NCBI RefSeq assembly: GCF_001194135.2
Contig: NC_068981.1
Location: 98,132,777-98,196,776, forward strand
Direction: 5' to 3'
Source of the DNA: Octopus bimaculoides
Lineage: Eukaryota
Length of the DNA stretch: 64,000 nt
The position numbers and the translations under genes were made by a program. The notes under the pieces are model-generated. The model had not been told where the DNA came from. It saw only the letters and a list, made by a program, of their open reading frames with translations, and did no database searches. Below, in pieces: positions 37,766 to 50,469 of this stretch (within the stretch, counting starts at the first letter, position 1; every line of letters begins with the position of its first letter).

Positions 37766-39050
37766 ATTGTAACTTGGTGTTATTACAGTTTAGCTTGGAA
37801 AATGTCTCAGTCTTCTGATCATTTATGCACTGCTTTTTCTTTTACTAGCTAGTCATGGAGAAAAGTGCAGTGACTATGAGGCTTTAGCATGTCTCAAGTA
37901 GATGTAGCTCTGTACAAACTGAGCTCATGTTCACTAATAACTGAGAGCAGTTACAAGTTATGAGGTAGCTAGTTATTTATGACTGTTCTATCACTTTTGA
38001 GATGTTAGAAGTGAGAATGATAATGCAAAAGTTAGTAGGGTCAGAGAGATTGTCATTCTTTAGAATGGGAATCAGCATTAAGTGCTTCCATAGATCCTTG
38101 TTGAGAGGAAAATACTGAAGAGTTTGCTAAGGAAAGAAGCTAGATTGTCAGAAAAGACCCATTTTGGCAGTTACATTATGTGATGGAGAGATAGTGGACT
38201 GGTGAAGAGTTTCAGAAGAGTTTTGTTGTATGCCTGTAGTAAGAAGATGACAGTAATTGTGATGGCTTTATTAAAAAAAAGTGCTACTTCAGTACCATCT
38301 TAGAACGACTTAACTGTACCTAGTCTTCTTATAATTACTCTAGAGTGTAATAAAGAAATCAATATTAAATATAAAACAGTTCTAACCCTTTTCACAGCTT
38401 TAATTCACACACAAACACACATATGTAAGCACACACCTTCAGTAACATCATCACAAGATCAGAAATTTCAATTCTACTTTCTCACTGGAAAAGTCACACT
38501 TGTCTACAGTATAACTTTTGTCCAACTGTATTTTGTCAAATTTTTTGGTTAAGTATCAAGGTATTTCATCTAATTTCTTTTTTCCCCCTTTACCTTGGCT
38601 CTTAACTACCCTAAAATATTCTACACTTCCATCCTTTCTAAATAATTTTATGTGACTTTCCTGCATGTTATGTAGCAACCAATATATTGCTTTCCCAGTA
38701 TTTTTACATTAAATACTTATATACACACATTTACATCAAAGCTTCAAATAATACAAATTCAAATAATAGGAATTCAATTCAGAATAAATTATATGATACA
38801 ATTTTTCATGTCGTATATGACTAAATTCAATCTAGTAAAACAATTTTTTGATGCACAAAAATTAAAATCTGTCCATCACAAGTGCTCCAAGTGAGCTATC
38901 AGTCAGATTGCTTTTGGCAATCATCATATGATAGCATGCTGCAGTTTTTGTGTTTTCAATTACAGCCAGTATTGTTGGTTTATATAAGCTGGTAAAAACT
39001 GAAAATATATGTACCACAAATGCTTCTACTACAAAAAGGAAGAGACTTAC

Positions 39051-39169
39051 TATTACATTGGAGTAGAAATTTGACGCAATAGAATGCCATACATGTGGCA
39101 ATAGCAATTCGAAAATTGGCAGAGGTCTTGGTATGCATGAATCAACTGTCCAAAATATAAAACATGCAG
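39051..39169 (-). other. Candidate exon; one frame open throughout (ACFIFWTVDSCIPRPLPIFELLLPHVWHSIASNFYSNVI)
   Basis: Branch-like GCTAAT plus TTATCTTTTTATTTCAG| acceptor; ATA|GTAAGT donor. Confidence 0.5.
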
Positions 39170-39234
39170 CTGAAATAAAAAGATAAATTAGCATCAGCAT
39201 TTTGTGGCTTGTAAACAGCTATAAGGAATGGCTG

Positions 39235-39790
39235 AAAATGGAAAATCTTTATTGCTGTATGGACTGAGGATTGTAATCAAAAATGTATTCTGATTTCTGA
39301 AGCTACAATTCAAGCAAAATCTTTGAGGATATTTACAGCCATGAAAAATGATATAAGTCAATTCAACACCAAAGAATACTTAAAGCAAGAGCTGACAGAT
39401 TTGAAAGATTTAAGATTAGAATTCAGTTACACAATGCAAAAATTCTGTGGGGAACCAATCAGTGCTGAAAAAGCAGCTGCAACAAAGTATCTGGCTTTTA
39501 TTATATTTTTTTTAAGGAAATAGTTGAAAAAGAAATACTGAACAACAAATATCTAACATAAACAGAATTAGATCATTTTGGAAAAGAATGTCAAAGAAGT
39601 TATATTTCTAAAAATTAAAAATCTTAACCGAAATAAAAAGTTAGTAACAATCATTTAATTCTTTTATTCAGAGGAAATGCAGGTGAAGGCTTCAAGTTAA
39701 ACCCATTGGATTTATATCATTCGGCGAATCCAAGGTTTCTAAAAGGTTACAACCATTGATCACTTCCTGTAAATTCTATATATTCTATAT
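39235..39790 (+). mobile_element. pogo/Tigger-like transposase fragment
   Basis: WTEDCNQKCILISEATIQAKSLRIF and KFCGEPISAEKAAA, resembling the CENP-B-type HTH region of Tigger. Confidence 0.6.
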
Positions 39791-40399
39791 ATAAGTAGTT
39801 GGTATATCTGTGTGCAACAGCAAGTTGTCAGAAACATATCAATGAGAACAGCCTTCCTCATTCATTGACTTTTATGATTTTTTACGATCATGTAATATTT
39901 TTCTGTATAATATCACAGAACCTGATTTGGCCGTGTGTGTGTGTGTGTGTGCGTGTGTGTGCGCACGCACGCATTCACATGTTCATATATCACATACATA
40001 CAGCAATGCTTCAATTAGTACAAACAATTCATCCTATAAAAACCTCCACATGTAGTGAATTCAAAATTATTATGGTATATGAAATATGAAAATTGATTCC
40101 AACCCAATGAAAATGTGCAATAAAAATTTTAAGAATCAGTTTTCAATTGCTTTTTTTAATTTACTAAAATAACAACGGACCATAAAAATGTATTTATCTA
40201 ATAATTTATTTTTATTATACAGTACAAACTATGCAATAAAGTACATTATATTTTGGAAAACAAAATTTTAAAATTCATGGAAACATTTACAAAGCACAGT
40301 CGCCAGAATAAGAATAGGATAGAAAAAGTTAACAGTGTTATTACCTAGTTGGAAGTAAAGGGATTGTTTTCAATCGAAGGATAGATTGTACATTTTTGT

Positions 40400-40860
40400 T
40401 CACCAAATGCAATGCTGCATGAGATTGAAACATAAATATTGAATGCAGAGGATGTGCAAAGACAGGAGAGGAATGAAGCAAGTATTCTGGAAGCAAGCAT
40501 TGTCAGCTGAATGTGCAATATTAGTGCACATAAGTGTCATAGTACAGATGAATTGAGAAAAACTGAGAGTATAAGGAATCAGATAATGTGTGCAAAAGTG
40601 ACAACTGTATTGATATGGCTCTAAAATACATATGGATGATAACAGATGGGTGAAGTGGTCCAAGAGATCCAAGTGGAAGGAAACAGTGGAAGATGATGGC
40701 CAAGAAAGACATGGGTAGAAGTGGTGGAATTTGATTTCAAGAGACACAGAAACTGACAACCAAAAAAAAAAAAAAAAAAAGTGGCAAGACACTGTGTTGG
40801 ATGGGATCCACCAAACCCATGAAAGCATAGAAAAGCAGATATCATCATAAACATCATGAG
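40400..40860 (+). mobile_element. RTE 3' remnant followed by D-type tail
   Basis: Degenerate W..HV..MD...W...GGRPRKTW-like segment; CCAAACCCATGAAAGCATAGAAAAGCAG tail. Confidence 0.55.
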
Positions 40861-41532
40861 AAGAAGGAAGAAAATAGAACAGAATGCTAGCATGGCAATA
40901 GAAATCAGATTATTTTTAAGCATTTGAACAAGCAGACAATAATGAAGATGACAATCAACAGATAAATTATCTTTATCAAGGACATATGTAAATATATCCT
41001 TGATGAAATATTTATGTGTATGTATATAAATATGAGAATATAGTTGGAAACGTAGAAACATTAAATGAAATTCTAATGAATGGTAATCCAACTAGGAATG
41101 CAGCATTAAAGTTTACTTAGGTTCTGACAAAGTTTGCCTACATTACAAGTATATATANNNNNNNNNNNNNNNNNNNNNNNNNNNNNNNNNNNNNNNNNNN
41201 NNNNNNNNNNNNNNNNNNNNNNNNNNNNNNNNNNNNNNNNNNNNNNNNNNNNNNNNNNNNNNNNNNNNNNNNNNNNNNNNNNNNNNNNNNNNNNNNNNNN
41301 NNNNNNNNNNNNNNNNNNNNNNNNNNNNNNNNNNNNNNNNNNNNNNNNNNNNNNNNNNNNNNNNNNNNNNNNNTCCGTCTTTTCTATTGGACTTTCCTGT
41401 CTCCTGTTTCCAAAGAAGAGCTTTGCTTGAAACATAAAACCACATTTCTTTCCTTCCTTGAGCGCCTGCTAATACTTGTACCATGTCCTCGTGTTGTTGT
41501 TTTTTTGTGTTTGTTCTTCGTTTTTAGGGATT

Positions 41533-41580
<48 letters not shown>

Positions 41581-42281
41581 TGTATGGAAAATTTGAAGAA
41601 AGACAAGTTTGAAGCAATATGCACTGTTTAATCGTTTAAAACAAAACAATAATAAACAACACTAATGATAATACAATACTTTCTTTTGCTATGTTCGCAT
41701 TCAGAATTTGCTTACAATTACACATTCTTCTGAGTAGTTATATTTTTGGGGAAGTTTTAAAATTTCATTTTCCAAAATAATGTATTTTTATTGCATTGTT
41801 TATGTTATATAATTTTAAAAATTATATACAATTTTATACACTTTATCATATTTAATCATATTAGAAAACAATACTAAAATCTGTTTCTTACAACTTTTAT
41901 TGCACATTTTCATTGGGCTACAACCAATTTTGTTCATCTGCAAGCAAGGTAGTAGATAGATAAGTTTGTAGAACTAGTTTATACATTTTATAAACTGAGA
42001 CAATTTTGAAAAGTACAATTTCACTATGAATGTTTAATAGCATTATATAACCATGCTCTTTTAGGCAGTTATGTGCATATGTTCACATTCACACTTAACA
42101 GTTGATTACAATATAAATAAATCTTAATATTATTGTAAAGTCTTTCTTTATCCCACTCAGTGTGAATATTCATAATGCAAATGAACAATACTGAGCAATA
42201 TTATCACTAGGATGTGCTTACATACCTTTGTTAGGTGTTTGATTCATAAGTGTCTTGTTTAATGCATGTTTCAACATTATA

Positions 42282-43557
42282 TTGGGTTGTCCGGAAAGTT
42301 CATGCCGATTTTTAAAAGAAAGTAAAAGGTCAATAAACACTTGCCATTACATTTTTAATCAACCAAATATGAACCATTTTGTTGCACAATGTGTCTCCAT
42401 CTTTCTTTTAACTTGAAAATACCCTCTTCCCAGAATTGAGGTGGTTTCATGGCAAAGAATTCATCAAGGTATCTTTTTACGTCATCCAAGGAATTGAAAT
42501 TTCCTTTAAGACTATTCTACAGACTATTCTGCAGAGACCTGAATAAGTGGAAATCCGAAGGAGCAATATCTGGTGAATATGTAGGGTGGGGTAACACATC
42601 CCAGCCAAGCTGCAGCAATTTTTGTCTGGTTCCCAAAGAAACGTGCGGTCTTGCATTATGATGTTGGAAAACAACACCCTTCCTGTTGACCAATTCTGGA
42701 CGTTTCTCTTGAATTGCTGCTTTTAACTTGTCCAGTTGTGTGCTGTATTTCTCAGAATTTATTGTCTGATTACTTGGGAGAAGCTCATAGTACAGAATTC
42801 CTTTCCAATCCCACCAGACACAAAGTAAGACTTTTTTAGGGTGAAGACCCGCTTTTGGGGTGGCTAAGGGTGGCTCATGTCGCTTATTCCAGGATCGCTT
42901 TCTCTGAACATTTCGGTAGATAATCCATTTCTCATCACCTGTCACAATTTGCTTTAAAAAAGGCGTGTTTTCATTCTGTTTATAAAGCAAATCACAGATG
43001 GAAATGCAATCCAAAAGGTTCTTCTCACTCAACTCATGTGATACCCAAACACTGTAGCGATTTGTGTACCCAAGCTTTACCAGGTACTCATGAATGATGG
43101 ATTTTGATAGGTTGAGGCTTTCTGCCAATTCTCTGGTTGTGCAATGTGGGTTATTCTCAATTAATGACTTGATTTGGCCATCATCTGTAGTGTATGGTCT
43201 GCTTGATTGCTCTTTATCAATAAGGCTACAATCTCCAGCTCGGAACATTGCGAACCACTTCCATACAGTTCTTTCAGATAAAGAAACATCACCATAAACT
43301 GTGCATATTTCTTTGGTCGCTTGTGAGGCAAAAGAAAAGTATCAAGTGCCGAAAATGAACTTTCTTATCTTCCATTTTAAAGGGTTACAGAATTAACACA
43401 GGTTATAGGAACATAAACCTTCTTCCACGAAAAGATAGCTTAAATTGTGCTCTAAATGGAGGTGTAGTCAAATCCTATTTTATGGACTCAACCATGTTCT
43501 AAAATAAGTTGAAAGGTAAGCTACTATAAATTGGCATGAACTTTCCGGACAACCCAA
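42282..43557 (-). mobile_element. Near full-length mariner (DD34D) transposon, 1276 bp
   Basis: TA|TTGGGTTGTCCGGAAAGTTCATGCCGATTT and AAATTGGCATGAACTTTCCGGACAACCCAA|TA (one TIR mismatch); TA TSD on both sides. Confidence 0.95.
42355..43375 (-). pseudogene. Mariner transposase pseudogene
   Basis: MEDKKVHFRHL..., WVSHEL, VTGDEKW, HPKKVLLCVWWD, YSPDIAPSDFHLF. Lesions: 5' frameshift, HDN changed to HHN, premature TAG at 42517-42519. Confidence 0.9.
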
Positions 43558-43917
43558 TACTAAGCTAACCAGTGACATTTTCCACATAATTACAGTAAAG
43601 GGGTAAAAACGTCTACATGCCCTACTAGGCTATGTCTATCAATACACTGTAATAGTACCCCTGTGGGCTCCACCCAACATTGAGACAGCCACAAATAATT
43701 TTTATTTTTAAATTGGGGAAGAGTTGACCTAGGCTATACCTGAGAACTAGGACTTACAACCAAGGATATACCCTATGGAGATACTGAACCACCATTTTCA
43801 AAATCAAAACAGATTTCAAATTCTGAAGCGTGCCTCATTCCAAGGGTATCAGATAAGAGATTATGTAGCAATATTACAAAGTGCACACATATGTATTTAA
43901 GATATAGTTTAAAAAAA

Positions 43918-44160
43918 AAAGTGATGGCTTGTTGCCAACTTAAGCTACTCCATACTGATGAAGAGCAACTATCCTGAAACTAGTCTCTGGATGCTGGCTT
44001 TGTTGGATGAGGTGCTTATCTCCCCTGTTTGAAAACTTAAGGACACAGAATACTTGTGTCATGTAGCCAACACAAAACAGTGTTCCTTGGGGCTAAATAA
44101 CAGTAGCATTCTTCCCTTTCTTGGGACTGCTATATTAAGTTGGCAACAAGCCATCACTTT
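43918..44160 (+). mobile_element. ~243-bp element bounded by a perfect 26-bp inverted repeat and containing a hammerhead motif (Penelope/retrozyme-like)
   Basis: AAAGTGATGGCTTGTTGCCAACTTAA (43918-43943) and TTAAGTTGGCAACAAGCCATCACTTT (44135-44160); no TSD seen. Confidence 0.6.
43942..44000 (+). ncRNA. Minimal type I hammerhead ribozyme motif
   Basis: CUGAUGA 43955-43961, GAAA 43976-43979, C-UA-G stem III, GUC cleavage triplet 43983-43985. Stem I UCCAUA/UCUGGA plus AAGCUA/UGGCUU; stem II weak. Confidence 0.65.
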
Positions 44161-44234
44161 ATCGTACTGCTACTGCATAACTCTCTCAGAGAGATTTAGA
44201 AATGCAATATTTCTAATAAGTTTTGAAATAGTTA

Positions 44235-44620
44235 TCTTTTATCCTTTAGTTGTTTCAGTCAAGCAAAATGACTCCAGGATTACTTTTCCTTTTTTTTTTT
44301 TTTTTTTTTTTTGAGCCTAGTACTTACTCTGTCAGCTTCTTTTGCCAAACCACTAAGTTATGGGAACATAAACACACCAAGAATGGTTGTCAAGTGCTGG
44401 TGGAGGACAAACACAGACACAAACATACACACACACAAATAAATAAATAAATAAATATGAACTTCTTTCAGTTTCTGTCCACCACATCCACTCACAAGGC
44501 TTTGGTCAGCCTAAGGCTATAGTAAGATGACACTTGTCCAAGGTGCCGTGCAATGGGACTGAACCCAGAGCCATGTGGTTGAGAAGCAAATTTTTACCAC
44601 ACAACCATGCCTGTTCCTAT
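44235..44620 (-). mobile_element. SINE A1
   Basis: Tail, body and head recognisable. Confidence 0.8.
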
Positions 44621-44846
44621 AGCTGGTGATTGCAATGTGGAAGGCATAAGTTAGCCTTAGAGAAACGCACAAAGTCCATCAACTTTACTTAAAACATTTG
44701 TTTGTAATATGGTCTTGAAATGTTTGTCACTTGAAACTCTGACTTGTCCACTGACAAAAAACTCTGCAGCAGAATGTTTTGTCAATGAATAGGTTGCAGT
44801 TTCAAGCAACCAAAATTTTGATACTGTATTACAAATAAATGTTCAA

Positions 44847-45047
44847 CCCTTTAGCATTTAAATCAGCCCCATCTGTTTTATCTTTAAACCGACCAAATCC
44901 AGGCTCTCACACCTACCCTACATTGTTATTCTACATTAAACATTCACATCATCAAAATCTCAAAGATATGAGATAATATATGATTAATTGAAAACAATGT
45001 AATTCAAAAAGCATTATGTTTGATAGAATAATCTGAACACTAAAGGG
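44847..45047. mobile_element. TTAA-type MITE family P2
   Basis: CCCTTTAGCATTT...CACTAAAGGG|TTAA; same family as 52674-52894. Confidence 0.75.
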
Positions 45048-48000
45048 TTAAGTAGAGTTGATGGTCTTTGTGTGTTTCTGAATGGCTAACTTATGTCTAT
45101 TATGCTGCAGTCGCTTGAGTTTCAGTACACAATCTCAGATCAAAACACTTTTTAAAATAGCAAAAATATGATAAAATACATATTTTTCATGGTTTATCTG
45201 TATTTTATTCTCATTTTCAATATATTTAAGTACAACAAGTATATTTATTACCATTATTGATGACAAACCTATATATGTAATAAAATCCTTTTATAAAGTT
45301 CTATGTTGTCAATAAATAAAATATCAGGTTTTGATATCTCTGTTGTCATTTACAACAGCTGTAATAAAAAAAAAGTTTTATCAAGTCATTTGTAATTCAG
45401 AATAAGTATTTTTTTAAAGACTCAAAATTAAATAAAGCCAGACTACTGTTTGTTATTACTCTCAGCATTTCCCCCACTTCAGCCAATCTTGATAGGAATC
45501 CATATTTTGTTTCAGTTTCCTACCAGCTGCCAGCGGTTATCAAGGTATCAGTAAACAATGCGAATGTACAGGTAACACACGTTTGTCTTTAGCTCAAAAA
45601 CAACAAAGTCTAACACTTCAGTCACACCAAACTTTGTTTAAAAAATCTATTCCAAGAGAGTTGAGAAAAAATAAAACTTTAATAAACACTACTATAGCAC
45701 TTTTTATAACAGTAACCATTTAATAGCTGTTGCTATTACAAGTGGGATAATCATTTCTTAAAAAATGAGGTGGGATCAGAAATTTGAATTCACTTCTTTT
45801 TTTTTTTTTTGTTTACTTACTGCAAAGTTCTTATAGTCTCTAGTTGGTGGTAATCATGTATAGCATTATATCATTCATTTTAGAGATTATCAGTACGAAT
45901 TAACCTGTGACTCATTAATTAAACATTATTTTACAAAGTGAAACATTTCACTAAAGGTGAAAATAATTACAATCTGAAAGAAATTCATGAAATATGTCAT
46001 AATATTTCTTTTCTTCATGGAATGTTAGTAGTTCAGGAATTGAGAGAAGAGAGAATGTTCTTAGTATTTACATACAGAATAACAATTGTTTCTAGAGGAA
46101 TTCTATCTTGTGAAAATGTCTTATAGAACACAAACAATTTCAGTTTCAGCTACAACAAATCTACAAGCCATATTCTGATATATTCTTTGAAGTGTAGACA
46201 ACTGCTTCAATCAATTACATCCTATTAGTAATCCATCATGTATATAGTCAAACAGGGATTTATTCATAAACACACATGCCTTGGCCATTGTTAACAGTTC
46301 AAAATGGATTCTTTTGAAATAGCAATATTGATTTCTTGTACATATAAAAGAAACAAAACTGTTTAGTAATACTCATACCTTTCTTGATGACATAAGCAAG
46401 ACCTCTCCATTCAACTGGCATGACCCAGAGACAAATCAAGGCAAGATATCTAGTATCAATATAAGTCAGACTCAAGAATGGGTGCCGAAGATCCCCAAAT
46501 CAGCCAAAAGTCATTCTCTACACAAGGCTAGTTATATCAGAGTAACCTCAGATATGCTTTAATGAAAGCTATGAGGTTCCTCACTCCCAATGGTTATACA
46601 ATGCACTAGATATAAAACTGGAATTTTTAGTCTCTGCACATTTGCTGCTTAGACAAGTATTGTTTTTTGTCCTGCTGAGTTCTCATCAAATTAACCTGGT
46701 GGCAGTTGTGCTAATTTAGTTATCAACAACTTGACTGTGCAACAGGTTGTACTGAAGATATGCAATACTAGTTTACAAAAAGTATCAGTAATGATGGAAA
46801 TGGAAACCCATTTTGGAAGAAATGATTTCTGTTCCTTACACTTTGTAAAGCAATGTTTAACTATCAGAATATCCTTAGCAGTGGAGCGAGGCATGAAAAT
46901 GAATTGAAGTAGTAAAATATTTTATCACAACAAATAAAAATTAAAACAAGTCAATACATTTTCCAAAATTAAGCATACAGAAATTTTAATAAAGGACAAA
47001 TACAGTTTCATGTTAAAATTAAACTACTTTTGTTCACTATTTCACAAGGTACCTTGATCCAAAAAAATTCAGCTGGCATATATAGAGGGCCGAGATTCAC
47101 AAAAAAAAGGGGGAGAAGTAACACTGCAAACTCTTGTTCAACCATGCCAACACCCTACAACTGAATATACAATCACTACTTATACACTGCAATAACATCA
47201 CAGTAGCATGGCAGAAAGTAGGAGACCATAGCAAGTTGTAAGCATGAAGATGAAAATGTATAAGAATATCAAAAGATGGAAAGCTTTGACTAATGGCACA
47301 GTAAACTTACAAAATTACAAAATTCTAACCCTGTAGTCAAAGGAAAATGTCCAAAGATGCTAGTGAATCAATTGGAGTAATATTTAGATATAGATATAGA
47401 ACTCATGAGATTTATTAGTAATTAAGTAAACATTGTGAAAGCTACTAGCAACCTCATGTGAATATTCTTGGGGACCTAAATTACTGGTTATAATTTAACA
47501 TGAAGAACAAGTGATTTTAGCTGTAAGAAACTGAAATGGTCCCAAATTTAGCAATTTTGCAATCCATGATGTGACAACTGAATTTGGGTTTTAGTTATTT
47601 TTAAAATAATGAACAAAACAAAAAAAGCAACATATTGGAGTAAAATTTCATCATTATTCTCATGACTAAACATTAACAAAGAGTATGTAGTATATTACAA
47701 AGAAAAACTATACCAAAACTGCTCAATAAGTATTCTTATTCTATATCTTTATTTTATGAGTAAAATATTTTTTTTAAAAAAAGGCTTAATTTAATAGCTA
47801 TTGCAAGGGAAAGGTGAGGGATATAAAAATGGTATAGAATAATAATATTTCTATAACACTATTACTGGCTTTGGCTTACAACAAAGTTAGTTATTAATGA
47901 CAAGTGACCCATGACTTTGTACAATTATTGTTTGGGCACGAGTTCCCCTTTATAGCAATTGAGTTAGCAGAATAAACTAAACAACATTTAAGCAAAACCT

Positions 48001-48049
48001 ACAGCCTCATTTAAAGTATAGAGCATTCTTGCTACAACTACCATCATGG

Positions 48050-48416
48050 AAAAGAAGAAAGGACTTTCATAGATGCAATGTAGAGTGTATAATAAGACAA
48101 GTTTAAAGTGTTAAGTTGGAGAAAGCAGAGTACATTAAGAAGAGATGGAGGAAATATGGGAAACAGAGAGAAAGGAAGGAAAAGAGAATAGAGAAGGAAA
48201 CAGGGAGGAAAGGAGAAATGGGGGAAAAAAGAAAGTGGAAGAAAAGAAGTAGAAAATATAGAAGTGAGAACTGAGTGGAAGGATGAGAGGGAAAATTGTA
48301 AAGAGAAAGAAGAATGGTGAGGAAGTAACAAAAAAAAGAAAGTGGGAGAGGGTAAAAGTGAATGAAAAAAGGAGAAAGAAAGACAGGAAAAAGTATCTAT
48401 GTGTACACACATACAC

Positions 48417-48467
<51 letters not shown>

Positions 48468-48500
48468 TCAATAGGGAGAGAAGAGGAAGAAAGAGAGGAG
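48050..48500. repeat. Purine-rich low-complexity tract plus (TA)n(CA)n
   Basis: Direct reading. Confidence 0.85.
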
Positions 48501-49984
48501 AAAAATCTTGTTAATTGCCACACACATAATGTTATCTCACAGATCTATAATATAAGCTGGTATTTTGTACAGGAACCTGTCTCTTCTCAATATTTAAAAT
48601 AGGATTCATATTCCTTCATATTCAACTGTTGAAGCTACAGATTGAAAGGAAAGCTAAGTTTGAAACCATTAAAAAGAATCCTGAACAAATCAGTGGCAGG
48701 TTGCTACTTTTAGCCATGTATAAAGAGAGAAAGGTTTTCATGACTGATTCTTGGCCATATTATGAAAGGTAGAATGAAAACACAAAGCATGCCGAACAGA
48801 CCTGCACAGGATTAAAAATGGTCTCAGAACTGTTGACATGAGATTAAAAAGTGTTTATACATGACTTTTAGTATGGCATACAATCTAAATCTTAGAAAAA
48901 TAAGACCCATAATGAAGACAAGGAGTAATGACAGGTAAACCGGTGATCAAAGGATGAAATTCAAATAAAACAATGAGAAAATTTTTCAGACAAGCTCTGC
49001 AGTTAGCAGACTGAAGATATGCAGGGCAGCTAGTTTTATGAGTTGGTTTTAGTTGATTATATCAGCACCCAGTATTTCATCTGGTAATTATTAACCGCAG
49101 ACATACACACATGCACACAATGGGCTTCCTAACAGTTTCCATCAGCAAAATTTCCTTCATAACACTTTAGTCAAATCAGGGTTGTGGTACAAAAGCAAGA
49201 GCGTTGCACAGATCAATGTGGTTGGCTGTAAAGCAACTTGCCAAATCGTGCACCATACTATTTTCAATTTTGCATTTGTAAGGTAGCAAGCTGGTAGAAT
49301 CATTAGCACACCAGGCAAAATGCTTGTGTTTACATTCTGAGTTCAAATTCTGCCAAGGTCGACTTTACTTTTCATCCTTTTGGGGTCAATAAGATAAGTA
49401 CCAATTGAGTCGTAGGGTCAATGTAATAAATTTACCCCCCTCCCCCGAAATTGCTGGCCTTGTGCAAAAATTTGAAACCAATATTTTGCATTTGCTTTCC
49501 TTGCTGTAGTAGCAATACACAAACCACAAGACAACTGCTGCCCAACTTTAACCACTTGATCAAAACATTTTGTTGTAATAAGTTTAGAGTAACACAATAC
49601 CAATACACAAAACAAAAACAAACTACTTACAGCAGATTTATAAAATATTTATAATGAAAGGGAATTGTTATATCAAAAGCTTTCAGCACATGTTCATTGA
49701 CAAATGCACGTTACAAACATTAGAAATTTTAATTAACTAAATAGACACCAGCTTTAAGAAAGTGATATTTCATAATATATACACAATGGTAAAAAATCAA
49801 TAAACATACTCAATAACATATCAAAGAATAAGACTTTCACTATCCAGACAAAAATATTATGCAGGTGCTAAATCATTAGCAACCAGTTTTTGTATTGCAA
49901 TCAGGTCTAATAAACTTTCATGCTGCCCAAAGTTTGTTTCAGACATGACAAACTAAGTAAAATCGCAGACATCCATACATACAT

Positions 49985-50415
49985 ACAGGCATGTCCTTTA
50001 TGGCCATGCCCCCACTCCCTCTTCCAGCTGAGCGGTCTTTGTCTTGCAGGTGCCAGTGCCTCATAAAATGCACTTGTGCCAGTGTCATGCAAAATGCACT
50101 TATGTTGATACTATGTAAAATGCACTCATGAAAGTGCTATGCAAAATGTGCACATACCAATGCTATGTAAAACGCACTCATGCTGGTGCTACATAAAATG
50201 CACTCGTGCTGGTGCTATGTAAGATGCACTCACGCCAGTGACATGTAAAAAGCACCCAGCACACTCTGTAAAGTGGTTGGCATTAGGAAGGGCATCCAGC
50301 TGTAGAAACCATGCCAAAACAGACATGAAGCCTGAGTGGCTCTTCAACTGGCCAACTCCTGTCAAACCATCCAACCCATGCCAGCATGGAAAACAGACAT
50401 TAAATGATGATGATA
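49985..50415 (+). mobile_element. SINE D with internal 26-bp tandem repeat (7-8 units, ~50066-50275)
   Basis: Unit AAAATGCACTCATGCTGGTGCTATGT; tail CCAACCCATGCCAGCATGGAAAACAGACATTAAATGATG. Confidence 0.8.
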
Positions 50416-50469
50416 TATTTATTCAATTGAATGAATTCACTACCAAAAGCTGAAAAGCAGGAATGAGAA

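Noticed and set aside
40345-40414. Additional minus-strand exon (acceptor inside an RTE remnant, donor TAG|GTAATA)
   Set aside because: Acceptor weak and TE-derived; phase incompatible with the open frame of 39051-39169. Not excluded as an exonised piece, but unsupported.
46691-46894. 67-aa ORF open on both strands
   Set aside because: No convincing splice sites or recognisable motif; probably chance or very old TE.
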